A stretch of DNA of 64,000 nt from positions 66,216,001 through 66,280,000 of the forward strand of contig OX597824.1 in assembly GCA_951406725.2 (NCBI GenBank). The letters are read 5' to 3'. Every line of letters begins with the position of its first letter. Within the stretch, counting starts at the first letter, position 1. Shown piece by piece: positions 25,698 to 39,258 of this stretch. This DNA is from Octopus vulgaris (Eukaryota). Position numbers and translations under genes: made by a program. The notes under the pieces were generated by a model, which was not told the DNA's origin, did no database searches, and saw only the letters and a list, made by a program, of their open reading frames with translations.

Positions 25698-28600
25698 TTA
25701 AGAGACTTTCCAAAGCAAGTTTCATCTTTGTCTCTTTATAGCTAAAGAGTCTAGGTACTGCAGAGAAGCACCAGTCTCATAAGCTCCAGTGGTTTATAGT
25801 GACAATAATATTTAACATATTTTAACAATCATACCCAAATGAAAGAAATATTTGTTAACATATAAAATTATTTAGTGATGTAAAGGAGAAGATGAATTTC
25901 TGACAATGCAAGTATGCCTCTTGGCTTTATTCTTATGTTAGCAACCATTACATTTCACTTAAAGTTCATAAGATTCTTAAGTTTTGAATGTCACACAGTC
26001 ATTATTTCCCCTTTTTCTATAAGCTTAAGAGCCTACAGTCAACAAGGAAGTTCTACATAGTCTTTTAACTTACTACAAATAACAACAAAATAACTCTCAA
26101 CTCACATCCAAACATCTTTTAAAAAAAGAATGGTAAGACAGTGGTTAATGCAGTCCCAAATAAACAATATGTGAAAAAGTTAGGATGGTATAATTAGTAC
26201 TATGGCTGGCATGCCACTGATTATAGGGCTGACCTGTGATAAATATCATCATTATCACCAGCTTATATACCTCATGCAATACAAATGGTTTATAGACAGC
26301 AAGCAATTAGCTATCGAAATTTGTTTACAGAAAACCATCTCCCATTAACATTTGTCTTATCTCTTTAGCATTTAAACTGGCCATATCTGGCTCAAATATT
26401 CTATCTGTTTTATCTTCAAACCAACTAGATCTGGCCTCTCACACCAACTTTACAAAGTCACTCTAAAAATAAACAATCATGTCATCAAAATCTCAAAGCT
26501 ACAAGATAATGCAGGATAAATTCAAAAAAATGTGAATAAATAAGCATTACATTTGACAGAGTAATACAAATGCTGAGGGTCAAAAACATCAAAGAAGAAC
26601 CAGTATAAGATTACAATCCATGCAAACTTCTGAAAAGCATTCTACATAAATTATATTGAAACTGGAATGAGGCAACAGGCCTAGTGAAGGGATTTGAAAC
26701 ACATATTTATCATTTACTAGGTGACTGACAGTATAGTTAATTACAGTAGAGCAGCTAAAAGCTCCCTTTTTCAAATTTAGTATCATTTCAACAGTACTAA
26801 CAATACAATAAAGTACAACTGACAGAAACTTGCAAGCAAGTATAGCCAAATGATATGGACCATATTTTCGTTTAATTTGATAAGCATGAGTAGACTGACT
26901 TCTCAGTGCTCTCACCTTTGACATTGTGAAACATCCAGAATGCTACAGCAGGAGGGGGAGAGGACTGTACCACTACTTGGCTATTTGAGTAGACTGGCAT
27001 AACATAAAATGAAGTGTCTTGCTCAAGGACATAGTATGCTGCCTGGTTCAGGAATTGTCAGTGTATTTTATGATCGTAAACCAAACACCATGTGTCTTCA
27101 CAGTAAAGTACTAAGTAGCTTAATAATACAATTAAACTAATAGAAGTGGAAACAGCATATACTGCCTAATTTGAGTGGCAGACACTTTGTGGTGTAACCG
27201 ATAATAAATTTGTGGTTCCTGTTCCATAAGCATGCCAGGTGCTCTGGTTTTGTTGAATACTAGTGTTTATATTCTCTAATGTAATTTAAGTAGAGAAAAA
27301 GTCTGTACAAATTTTCTGTGCTCTATGTTATACAAGAGTCCTCTACAGTCCTCATGAAATCCTTGTTCAGGGTCACTTTGTATTTAACATATACAGAAAT
27401 ATTTATGCATTAAGACATTAAAAGTGCCATAATACTTCACTTAAGAATAGTGAGATTCTATTTCACTGTTGTAATTACATTATGAAGATAGATAAAGTAA
27501 AATTCCTATTGGGCTTGAAGTCTCAAAGCAGTTTAAGGTATCATTACAAAATCAGCAAATACACACCCATCACGCTATGATAACCCTAGAAGGGTGTAAA
27601 CAGATTATGAGATTGATGAGAAACTATTATTTCCATAATTCTTGGAATGTAATATTCAACCTTTTTATAATAAATATCTTAGAAATTCCTCAACAGCTTA
27701 ATTAATAGATAGGATTTTTAATTTCCTTGAGTTTGAAATTATAAAATAGCAGTCTCTCTCTTTCTCTCTCTTCACACACATACATCAAGACAAAGATAAT
27801 CTATACAGTTATGCATACACACAGCTAGCCATCTATACAAACACACTCATACACTGTAACAACCTACAGACACACACACACAATGTAACAACTTACAAAT
27901 ACACTCACACACACAGGTAATCTTTACAGTTATACATTTACACTTAACTATTTAGACTCATACATGTAATAACCTACAAATACATTCCCTATTTAAAGAC
28001 ATGCACATAGGCAAGTGTCTGCACAGAGGTAACACTCTACACACACACACATACACACGCACACTGGTGTATGTATGTAAACATACACCAGCTGTAAATA
28101 CAACAATGATAGTTTAAATGTTCACCACCACCCCTGCCACACACACACACAAATACATATGTTCATGTACACTGTTAACAACTTTATACAATACAATGTT
28201 AACTTCAGATTGGACTTCTCTACTATTTCAATTGAGGTAAAAACGAAAATGTCAACTTAACCTAGAGACATTTGTCTAATTGCATATCAAAGGTTTTCAT
28301 TTTATTTATAGACTGGATGCTAATAACAATCATATTAATAGAAAACACCAGAATCAAAATGTTATCCAAATTCTAAAAGACTAGAGTCATATGTGTTTTG
28401 TTCAGACTTCATATTTTTGTGCTTCAATCATCTTCAAATAACACATAAAACATACAGACATGTAAGAATTGCGTGATGGTGAATATCTATAACCTTTTAC
28501 ATAAGACTTTAATCCAGAATTAATTAACCAGCTTACTTCCAGAGTAATATTTGAGTTTAGTTTTGCAAGTTAATAGAAACCTCAATATAGTGCTGACACG

Positions 28601-29440
28601 GAATACATATTCAGCTTAAAGTTAATTTGTATGGTTTTTATCATCATTATTATTTGTTAGGTCCAATGTTAACCCTGAGCAGACCTATAACTAAAGGCCT
28701 TCCAGCCATGACCATCTCAGTCTTTATCTTGAGCAGTGTATATCTAGCACAACCATTATTCAATGTGTCCCTCCTTTTTGCAACATGGTATTTGTAATTT
28801 AGGAAGATTTGGGTGCCCTGTCTTGTAAGTTGAGTTAGCACATGTAAGCTCTTAGTCCAAACAGTCTTAAAAGGCCAACATCACTCAAGTACTGATTCAC
28901 CTAAAGAATAACAGTACATAGTTTAATGACAACAAAGTTGCACAACTGTTGCCATCATCAATACATATATAAAACTACAGATGGCTTTGAGTTGGTCAAA
29001 ATCACAGCTGTTGTTTAACCTCCAATTCAGCTCTGATCTAGCAAACCTTATAAAATAAGAGTTCTTGCTGTCTTTTACCTTTACTTTTTCTTTTTTCAAA
29101 CATATTTAATCTCAAACCATACTATCTTTCCTGGCTTAAGATAGAAAGATGTGATTCAAGGGACATTTGACTATTATTTTTAGTAGGTCAAACAGCTACA
29201 AAGAGGTTCTCCTGTTAACTCATAAACATCTGATCCTAGTACAAAGTACTGGACCATGCTTATTCCCCAAATAACATATAAAGAAAGCTTACAACTAAAA
29301 CTATGAAAATTAACAACAAATTAAGGAATTTGAAATTTGTATTTTAAGAAATATTAGCAAAACACTGACACAATGTGTTACAAGCTGAAAACAAAATGCT
29401 TTCAAATCATAAGGGTACCATTTCAACTCTGCTGATTTAA

Positions 29441-30448
29441 CCATTTGCCTGTCCCATGTATCATATGTAACAGGACATATTTCCCTGGCATACATGCACC
29501 ACAAATGATACACATTCCTACTTCTTTTTTTCAACAAGAGTAATTTGGGACTTGTGAAAGGAAACCTTGGTATTATTCAGAATGTGGGAAACAAGGGCTA
29601 ACTAAAAGTCTGAAAACAAACATGGACATTTAAAACAAACTTATCAAAATGTTTTGGATAGGGAAAGGGTTAACAATGCAGCAAAATCTCCCTTTGTGTG
29701 CAACCCAAATATCTACAGGGTTATTAATATAATGATAAGAAATGCAAAGTAACCAGTACAACACTGCTACCAGTTCAGTAGGAAAAAAATAGTTGTGAGA
29801 ATGAGTGGGGATAGCCATCTCAATAAGATGGATGAATAAAATTGAAATAATCAATAAAACAGGCGAGAAAGGCTAGTTGAGATCAAAAATGGTGAAAAGC
29901 TGGCTAACCAAAGACAAGGAAGAAATTGATGTGGGTTGGAAGAAAGATTATTTAACTGGCAAAGGATGAATACTTAATAGAAAGTAACATTTTTGGTTAC
30001 TTTCACAGATAGTAATGTAAGTGAAAATAATCTTAACCAGAAACTGAAGCTTTGATTCATTGGAGAACAACAGCAAAAAAGGTTAGTAAATTCAGGCATT
30101 GCCAGGATTACTAAAGTTGTTGTAACAATAGCTTTGCATCACCCTAATGTACTTGATATACAAACAGCAATAACAGCAACAATAGTTATAGCAAGTGTCT
30201 CCACAGGCACATATTTAGCTCTTTGCCTGTCCAATGTATCACATGGGATACATAGGGCATATTTCTCTGGCGTCCAGATATCATATATGTTACACATTCC
30301 CAATTTTTTTCAACCATCAGAATAACCTGGGACTTATAAATAGAAAGCTTTATATGAGCTTTCTTATGAATAGAAAGTTCAGAAGGCATAAAACTGGGAC
30401 TAAATGAAAATCTAAAAACAGGCATGGATGTTTAGGACAGGCAACAGG
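29441..30448. mobile_element. Two diverged piggyBac-type MITEs, family P3 (29441-29669 and 30219-30448)
   Basis: Both start c..tttgcctgtcc.atgtatca and end ggacaggcaa..gg|ttaa or ggatagggaaaggg|ttaa. TTAA (or TTAG) flanks are present. Confidence 0.65.
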
Positions 30449-31681
30449 TTAAATATGGTATATCATTACAATGAACTTATTCAACAAGCATCAATATGGA
30501 TTTGAAGGTTTATTCAAGAAGCATCAGCACAGGTTTGAGGGTAATCATTTTTTACTGTCTCAAAAAGAAAGCTCCACATAAGTTGTCTTTGAATTGACTG
30601 CTTTTCATAACCCACCTGTAACTTCTCAAAATAAGCAATTGGTTCAACATTCATTAAGAACTACAATGGCATGGGTCAAGAAGGGAATCTATGTGGATGT
30701 TTGACCTGCTACACAGAGCACCCAGATCTTACTTGGATATCCAACCTAGGGGTCCTGCACCCAACTGGAGATGTGAAATGGCATTTAAGTCAATGCAACA
30801 AAGGTAAGAAAATATATACTTTATTAAAATCACTTTGCCGAATAAAATTACCTAACTCTTAAAAATAACATTGTTCTTTTAAGCACACCAAGAACTTTAT
30901 TATTCCACAACACTGCATATGTTTCAATTTTAAAAAATAATTCAAATATCATATTAGTTTTGTAGGGAGTGGGAAAATTAATAACACAGCTCTTTGGGGT
31001 GCAGGGCATAGAAAAAAGGCCAAAAATCACTGCCTTCTACATACACTATATCAGAATAAAAGACTGGATGTCTTTGGTTGGAACACCTTGGGACACAGGT
31101 TTGTTGGATTAATATTTACATGGTGTCAATCAATGACAGCAATTACAAGAATATACAGTAGGACAGAAATCAAGGCATAACATTGAAGGAATGGCTCACT
31201 GTTTTCTTGCAATACAGCAAACTTCCCCTTTGCAGGTCACTACTCCACAGGCAGTCAATTATACTTACATTGTTAGTTTTCCTATTCCTTTATTAACGTT
31301 TGCTATATCTACAATACAGCTTCCCACTTGTTTATGCCCTAATTCATTTATTCTAGGAGATCCAATAAATCTGAAGTTAGTCTTCACAGGTTTCTTCCCA
31401 AGTTACCCTTTAGATATATTGAATGCTGTCCTCATCACCAACTCATGACACTTTTCAGCAAGTAAGCAGGATTCAGTTAACAGTCTACACCAAAGTCACT
31501 ACCAGCAATCATCTGCTATTTCACAAGCTGACAAAGAAGTCTCTACATGGTCGCTCGACCTCCTAGAAATAGCAGCCAAATCAAAATACAAAAAAGAAGC
31601 AAGAATGTCTTCAATCAAAAGTCTACACAATCTGACTCAAGACTAAACAATAACAACAACAATAACAATAATAAACTACTG

Positions 31682-31968
31682 CAGTGGTTCTTAAAGGGTG
31701 ATCTGCAGATTTAAAAGAATATAATTTAAGGTTTCAGAAAATCCATGCTAATGCTTGAATATTTTCAAAAAAAAATGTTATTCATAATTTTGTTATACAG
31801 AAATACAATTAATGAAACAAGATAACCATAGTATTGTATGTTTTTTTTTTCTAATTTTTTTACATAAAAGCAAATTTTAAAAAAAAATTCTATGCAAAGT
31901 ATACCAGCAATATTTTCTTTGATCTCCATCTAGGGGACCATGAACTCAAAAATGATTGAGAATCATTG
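31682..31968. mobile_element. hAT (Charlie-like) MITE; partial homolog at ~12261-12440
   Basis: Termini cagtggttctta...tgagaatcattg, with internal similarity to the 12261 copy. Confidence 0.65.
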
Positions 31969-33321
31969 GTCTATTGTTTCATTGACAGAGAAAGGAATGT
32001 CAACTCCCAGGGTGTATGGAATTGAAATGCTTTAAAGTAACATGTGAGAGTGTGTGTATAGTTAAGTGAGAACACATGGTTGTAGGTCAATAAACAATAT
32101 TAATGAAATGACAACATGATAAACAAACAAGGCAGTCAAAGAAAAACATATTTCCTCGCAGCTCAAAAAAAAAACATTGATGCAATAAAAAGAAGACAAA
32201 AAAAACTACTATGAGTAAACAGTGCTTCATTTTGTAATTTATTCCAAGCCATCTATATTATCTTTAGAGTAGGTACAAGGTCAAGTTGCATAAAAGTTAT
32301 GCACATAGAATTAATGGGAAAAACCTCTCCTCTGTCCTCCAGTACACTACTGATGCATTTAAACTTTCTTTACACACACACACACACACACCATCATCAT
32401 CTGCTAAGGAGGAGAAAAAGTTGAATACACTAGGATTAGAACTCATTAATTCTGAGATGCAATCATTATAATGTTTTCTACTGTTATGACCCAAATCTTT
32501 ACTGTTTTTCTTGAATCCCTAAAAATATTGTGGATGGATAATCTCTTTTACTACCACCATCACAGCGCACTCTCTTTCCATGCATTCAACAAAGGACAAC
32601 AACAATGTAAACAGTTTAAACAGCATGGTAAATATATTTCCCTCAGCCACTTCATACATTTTTGATGTGGCAAAGGCAACTGCTGAAGAATTCTCTTTTA
32701 CTTATGCTGTCATATAATAAAAGCAAAAAAGGAAGAAAAGAAAAAAAAAAAGATAATGCCAACTGAATGATATTTGGTGTTACTAGTCAAATGAACACTG
32801 CAGTTAAGATTTTTGAAATATTAATTACAATGAGGAAGAGAACAAAGAACCTTATATGAATACAATTGTCATTTGACAACAAAGATTAGTCAGAAAGATT
32901 GCTTTGTACAAGCAATAGTAGAAGCCATAAAATAGACATGCAGAACTGCCTGAAAAGGTGTCAATACTGCTGGTATAAATCAACCAGGCAAATAATATTT
33001 CAAAACAAAAGGTATATTAAAACTAGGTTTCAGTTAAATGCTACTGATGCTCTATTTATAGACTTTGGGGAACACCTAAGATCTGGGTGTTGATGTGCTA
33101 GAGGCTATGGGGTACACAACTTAGACACAGATAACCTACTTGTCGGACTATAGTGTCTATAAACATATGATTTGATCACTAACACTATTTATGGGTCACA
33201 CACAATGAGGTTACAAACTGTTTACCTAGACATTGATAACTCCATAAATCTTTTATTCTGATATAAGGCTTGTGATGATATGATAGGATTCTTATCTGTG
33301 AGGACTATGAGATTATACGTA

Positions 33322-33541
33322 TAGGAGACGGTGCTGAAAAGTTTCTGGCTATAAGGGAATTGCGAAAGGCCTGGTTGGAGGCTCGACCTTGTGAATTCTT
33401 TAACATGACTTAAAAAAACTGAAGGACTGCTGCAATAAGTGTGTGAATCTGAGAGGGGAATATGCTGAATAAAATTATGAATAACTGATCTTCCTCTATT
33501 TTCTTTGACCCAAAGCCATGAACTTTTCAGCACCTCCTTGT
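33322..33541 (+). mobile_element. Mariner-derived MITE (~220 bp)
   Basis: TIRs gagacggtgctgaaaagtttctggct / agccatgaacttttcagcacctcct. Retains the transposase C-terminus LKKLKDCCNKCVNLRGEYAE*. Confidence 0.8.
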
Positions 33542-33784
33542 GTATGCGTGTGTGTGTGTGTGTGAGTGGTGTGGTTTTGATGAAGCATTGTGAAATATTA
33601 CATTGAAGAGACTTGTTGGGTAAGGCTGAAATAGTGCGAGAAGGTATAAAGTAAACTACAAAAGCAAAAGAAAAAGTTATAGTTTTACCTTATATTTTTA
33701 CAGTGGAGAGAGAGAGAGAGATACATACACATGCATTTCAAAAGTAAACAGACAACTCTTATTATACAACTTTATCTGTGAGGA

Positions 33785-34285
33785 CACTACCTAGTGCTCC
33801 AAAATTATTTTACATTTCAAATTACAGTTTATTAATTGTTTACAGCAACTAGCCATGCTGCGAACACCAGAAGCCACAGAGTTGTCTGATTTTCAAAGAG
33901 GGAATATTGTGGGTCAATCTGAAGGTGGACTTAGCCAAATAAGATTGCACAAAATCTTGTGGTTCCTCTTTTCACACTCAACAAATTGATTGTGCAATTC
34001 ACTATCAAGGGAAAGGGATCAACAGCATACCACTCAGGTGAACCAGGGCACTCTGTCTTCAGGCTATCGAGCAGATTGTTGAAAATAATCCCCCACTGTA
34101 AGGCAGCTGGTGTTGCTGACCAACTCCAAATGAGTTAGAGTACTTCTGTGAGGTATCTCCATCAACTTGGTTACTATAGCAGGACGACTAGAAAGAAACT
34201 TCTTTGACCAGTGAATATCCAAAGAAGAATGGAGAAATAAAACTTTTCAAAAATGATGGTGCCTATTAACTTTTGAGAAGTAGGT
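33785..34285 (+). mobile_element. Tc1-like transposon remnant (HTH region)
   Basis: ELSDFQRGNIVGQSEGGLSQ..IAQNL and VRYLHQLGYYSRTTRKK are typical Tc1 paired-like HTH segments. Confidence 0.7.
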
Positions 34286-36496
34286 AGGTAGGTGTGTGTG
34301 TGTATGTGTGTGAAAGCTGATTTGAGAAAATACAATGGCCTTCTAAAATTAAAGCTGTAATACATAAAAAATAAGAATGAACACTAAAAAATACAAGGAG
34401 TACATGTGCTATGGTTATATTAATAGAAATGATCAGAGAACTTAGACAATACACATTCTAAAAACTGTAAAGTAGATGAAACCACCATCAATTACAATGC
34501 TGAGGATTCCAGTTGTTCAATCAAGGGAATAATCTACTCATTAGAGTATATTAAAGTGCAATATTATATACATTGAGCATATTATGGTTCAACAGACATT
34601 CACACCTGGCAGATTCTTGAAACTTCTGCTTTTGACTCTAGTTCTAGTTCTAGTTAGATCTATAATTTGCCTTTGAACAAATAACTAAACCCCAACAACT
34701 CCAAGCTAAAATTAATATAGCTAAACCAATTGGTTTGGGACACTAGCATAGCTCTATCATTTCTTGTGGGTTTCATGTCTGCCAGGAACTACTAAAAACC
34801 CTTAGCAATTACAGAGTGTCTATTTATACAACTACATAGGTTGCTAGAAAAAGCAACCAAGTCTCTTATGAAAATCACACACTTGACTGTCTTGCAAAAA
34901 AAAAAAGACATTGGATAATACATTTCCAGATACATTATAGCTGAAAACAAAACAAAAAATAAAAGTAGAATTACAAGATGGTCAAGGCTGAGATATGTTT
35001 GATTACAATTCTGCTCTATCAGAGCTGATCAGAGGCTAAACAACACTGACAATTCACTGACATTGGGAAAAAGTGCAAATGCTACTAAGTCCCTTTTATC
35101 TCAAGTTTCAATCCTTACAAAAAACCTATCCGTGTTACTGGTCTTTGAGAAAGACATGTGAATACCAGCATTTCTTTATTTCCTCTTCTATCCAACTCTT
35201 AACCAAATTTAACAGCTGGTTGAAGCATCATCTTCAGTTGCTCTCATATAAAATATTCTTCAGTAAAAAGGGTGAGAGCAAGTTTCCTGTTGAGTTCTTC
35301 ATCCAGTATGGATTCTCAGAAACACCAACATTTACTTTATTCACAGTGCAAATTACTCTTTTCTCATTTTCTCAGTGAAAAGCAAAATGACTAAACAAAA
35401 GAAAAAAAGAAGCAAAAGCAAAGATGTTGATGATACCCATAATGATGAGAATTTTTTCTTTTTTTTTTTAACCAGTCACAAGGCCATTTATTTTTAAAAA
35501 GTGTTTGTGTTGTAGGTGGGGTAGTGAGTATTGATATTTGTTATTAGAGAACCAGTATGCCTGGAATAGCACTCAAAACTTTCTCAAATCTTTATTATAT
35601 TGCTTAAATCTTAATCCCTGATATACAAAATACTAGAATCATCATGACATCTTTGACTGTAATCAGCTCCATAAGGGCTGAGATAGGGCTAAAAAACAAT
35701 GAGCATATGTTTTATTTGCTAGTCCTGGGGCATGAATATGAGAAACCACTCCTTGTGTGATCTAAAATTAAAATGCTAAAGGATAAAAATTGCATTGTTT
35801 TTTTTATCTAGTATTCAACTAAATGTATCAACTTGAAACAATGATCTTTTATATTGACACAAAGCCACAAATTTGTAAAAAAAGACGTAGGGTGTGGTTG
35901 AGTCAGTCAATCACAATACATGATTGGTACTTATTGAGTCAATGAGGGAGCCTACTAGAAATAGCAGCCAAGTTTCCAAAAAAAATGAAATCGCACTCTA
36001 ACATTTTAAAAAGAGAAAGACCACATTAGACAATGTAGTCTTAAGTACACTGCTTGAAAAAGAAAACATAAGATGGTCACCACTGGAATGGTTTCTTGAA
36101 TTAGGGTTCGTTGGGAGTGTTTGTGCAAAAAGAATAATGTACTTATTTACCAACTTTGGAGGCATGAAACACAAAGCTAACTTTAGTAAAATTTGAATTC
36201 TGTATATTACAATGGAATAAAAATTACAAGACTTTACAAGCACCAGTTTAATACATAAAAGAGATACATGCCTACTAAAAGAATTTGATCCATATATATC
36301 ATTTGGTGGGGAATAGCTATGTGGTTCAGTTGCCTAAAATCATTGAAGATGGAAACTTTTGGCAGTTAAATCATTCCAAACACTATTAGCTTCAACTATT
36401 TAAAAGACTGATCATTTCATTTGAGTAGGTGTAGAGGCAATATTGGAGAAGTTTATTGTCAACTTTGAAAGGATAAAAGTAACTAAATTGACTCAG

Positions 36497-36528
<32 letters not shown>

Positions 36529-36755
36529 GCATGTGCGTGTGTCTCTCTCTCTCTCTCTCTCTCTCTCTGCTGATTTAGAATTTCATCTGCAGTGAATATT
36601 GATTTCAAATTCTGGCACAGGGCCAACAAGTTTGGGACAGAGTTAAGTTGATTATATCGACCCCAGTGCTCAACTGGTACTTATTTATCAAGGCCAAAAG
36701 GCAAAGTTGACCTCAGCTGTCTTTGTATGTAAATGAGACATTAATATTAATATTC

Positions 36756-38298
36756 TCCTCCTCTTACCATTACGATTCTACAATTTAAATTCCCAATTCA
36801 ACTAACTTACTTCTTCAATTTCAACTCCCGATCGATGTCCGCAGCAAGTTCTTTAAAAATTTATCTTAATATTTCTATTCGTTGTTACTACGTTTATTCA
36901 TACATTGTTACGAAAATTTAACCTTTTAAGGCTACTTTCAAGCCTTCGCCATAACTTGATTTATCTTTCTATCTCTCTCTCTACAAAATTTAACCTTAGG
37001 CTAGGCTACCTCAAGCCGTAATCCCATCTCTTCCCATCTTTCAGCCATTGGCGGTCTTTTTTCCTCCTCTTACCATTACGATTCTACAATTTAAATTCCC
37101 AATTCAACTAACTTACTTCTTCAATTTCAACTCCCGATCGATGTCCGCAGCAAGTTCTTTAAAAATTTATCTTAATATTTCTATTCGTTGTTACTACGTT
37201 TATTCATACATTGTTACGAAAATTTAACCTTTTAAGGCTACTTTCAAGCCTTCGCCATAACTTGATTTATCTTTCTATCTCTCTCTCTACAAAATTTAAC
37301 CTTAGGCTAGGCTACCTCAAGCCGTAATCCCATCTCTTCCCATCTTTCAGCCATTGGCGGTCTTTTTTCCTCCTCTTACCATTACGATTCTACAATTTAA
37401 ATTCCCAATTCAACTAACTTACTTCTTCAATTTCAACTCCCGATCGATGTCCGCAGCAAGTTCTTTAAAAATTTATCTTAATATTTCTATTCGTTGTTAC
37501 TACGTTTATTCATACATTGTTACGAAAATTTAACCTTTTAAGGCTACTTTCAAGCCTTCGCCATAACTTGATTTATCTTTCTATCTCTCTCTCTACAAAA
37601 TTTAACCTTAGGCTAGGCTACCTCAAGCCGTAATCCCATCTCTTCCCATCTCTTCCCATCTTTCAGCCATTGGCGGTCTTTTTCCTCCTCTTACCATTAC
37701 GATTCTACAATTTAAATTCCCAATTCAACTAACTTACTTCTTCAATTTCAACTCCCGATCGATGTCCGCAGCAAGTTCTTTAAAAATTTATCTTAATATT
37801 TCTATTCGTTGTTACTACGTTTATTCATACATTGTTACGAAAATTTAACCTTTTAAGGCTACTTTCAAGCCTTCGCCATAACTTGATTTATCTTTCTATC
37901 TCTCTCTCTACAAAATTTAACCTTAGGCTAGGCTACCTCAAGCCGTAATCCCATCTCTTCCCATCTCTTCCCATCTTTCAGCCATTGGCGGTCTTTTTTC
38001 CTCCTCTTACCATTACGATTCTACAATTTAAATTCCCAATTCAACTAACTTACTTCTTCAATTTCAACTCCCGATCGATGTCCGCAGCAAGTTCTTTAAA
38101 AATTTATCTTAATATTTCTATTCGTTGTTACTACGTTTATTCATACATTGTTACGAAAATTTAACCTTTTAAGGCTACTTTCAAGCCTTCGCCATAACTT
38201 GATTTATCTTTCTATCTCTCTCTCTACAAAATTTAACCTTAGGCTAGGCTACCTCAAGCTGTAATCCCATCTCTTCCCATCTTTCAGCCATTGGCGGT
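36756..38298 (+). repeat. Five near-identical ~306-316-bp tandem monomers (starts 36756, 37062, 37368, 37683, 37999)
   Basis: Unit begins tcctcctcttaccattacgattc and ends cagccattggcggt. Copies 3 and 4 carry an extra tcttcccatc. Confidence 0.97.
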
Positions 38299-39258
38299 GC
38301 GCCCGCCCCCACCCCCACCACCAATACCGATGAACACTGTTCTCACCCCCACCACCAATACCGGTGAACACTGTTCTCACCGCCAACACCACCAATACTG
38401 GTGAACACTGTTCCTCACCCCCCACCACCAATACCAGTATACCCTGTCCTCACCATCTACACCGGGTACGCCCTACTCCCTCCTCCTCCCCCCACTACCC
38501 CTTCTCCTCATATGCTTTCACTGTGAAAAGACAAGCTGCTAGCGCCATAGCTCATCAACTGCCCACCGATCTTACGCTTCCTCCTGACACTGCTTCATTC
38601 CGACTATCCCCCTTTAGCACCCTCCCGCCTCGTAATATCCTACGTTTTTATTTCTTAGGAACCTACACCAACCCTTCCTGCCATCGTTCCTCCTTACCCC
38701 AACCTTCCCCACTGGTTGCTCCCCTATATTACCCACCTCAACTGGACCCCCCCTCCCCAACTCAACTCTAGAATATCTGTATTCTTTCCTCTACCTAATA
38801 ACGTTACTCAGTGACGATAACGAATGTCTTTATTTCTTAGGAACCTACACCAACCCTTCCTTACTCAGTGACGATAAATGCTGTGACTACAAAGACCCGG
38901 GCTGCTTTCTGCAGCAATTCCACATACCCCCTACTCATTCTAAGTACCCCGGATCCCCAAAGTACCCTGGATCCCCAAAGTACCCCGGACCTCGTTGCCC
39001 CCGTGCCGCTGACACGTTAAAATGCTCGAACCGATCGTGACGATGCCGGACCCTCCGGCCCCTGTGCAGGTGGCACGTAAAAAGCACCCAATCCACTCAC
39101 GGAGTGGTTGGCGTTAGGAAGGGCATCCAGCCGTAGAAACTCTGCCAGATTCAGACTGGAGCCTGGTGCGGCCCCTGGCTTCCCAGACCCGGTCAAACCG
39201 TCCAACCCGTGCTAGCGCGGAAAGCGGACGTTAAACGATGATGATGATGATGATGATG
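36756..39258 (+). mobile_element. Young 2.5-kb (GAT)n-tailed retroelement insert (RTE-related 3' end)
   Basis: CpG-rich throughout, with a C-rich body containing internal short repeats. Ends in ggagtggttggcgttaggaagggcatccagccgtagaaac...ggacgttaaac(gat)n. It interrupts a palindrome, which defines both ends. Confidence 0.8.

Noticed and set aside
36756-38298. Repeat array as a CRISPR-like locus or 5S/snRNA gene cluster
   Set aside because: There are no unique spacers and no recognisable RNA gene sequence; the units are contiguous and attached to a retroelement tail.
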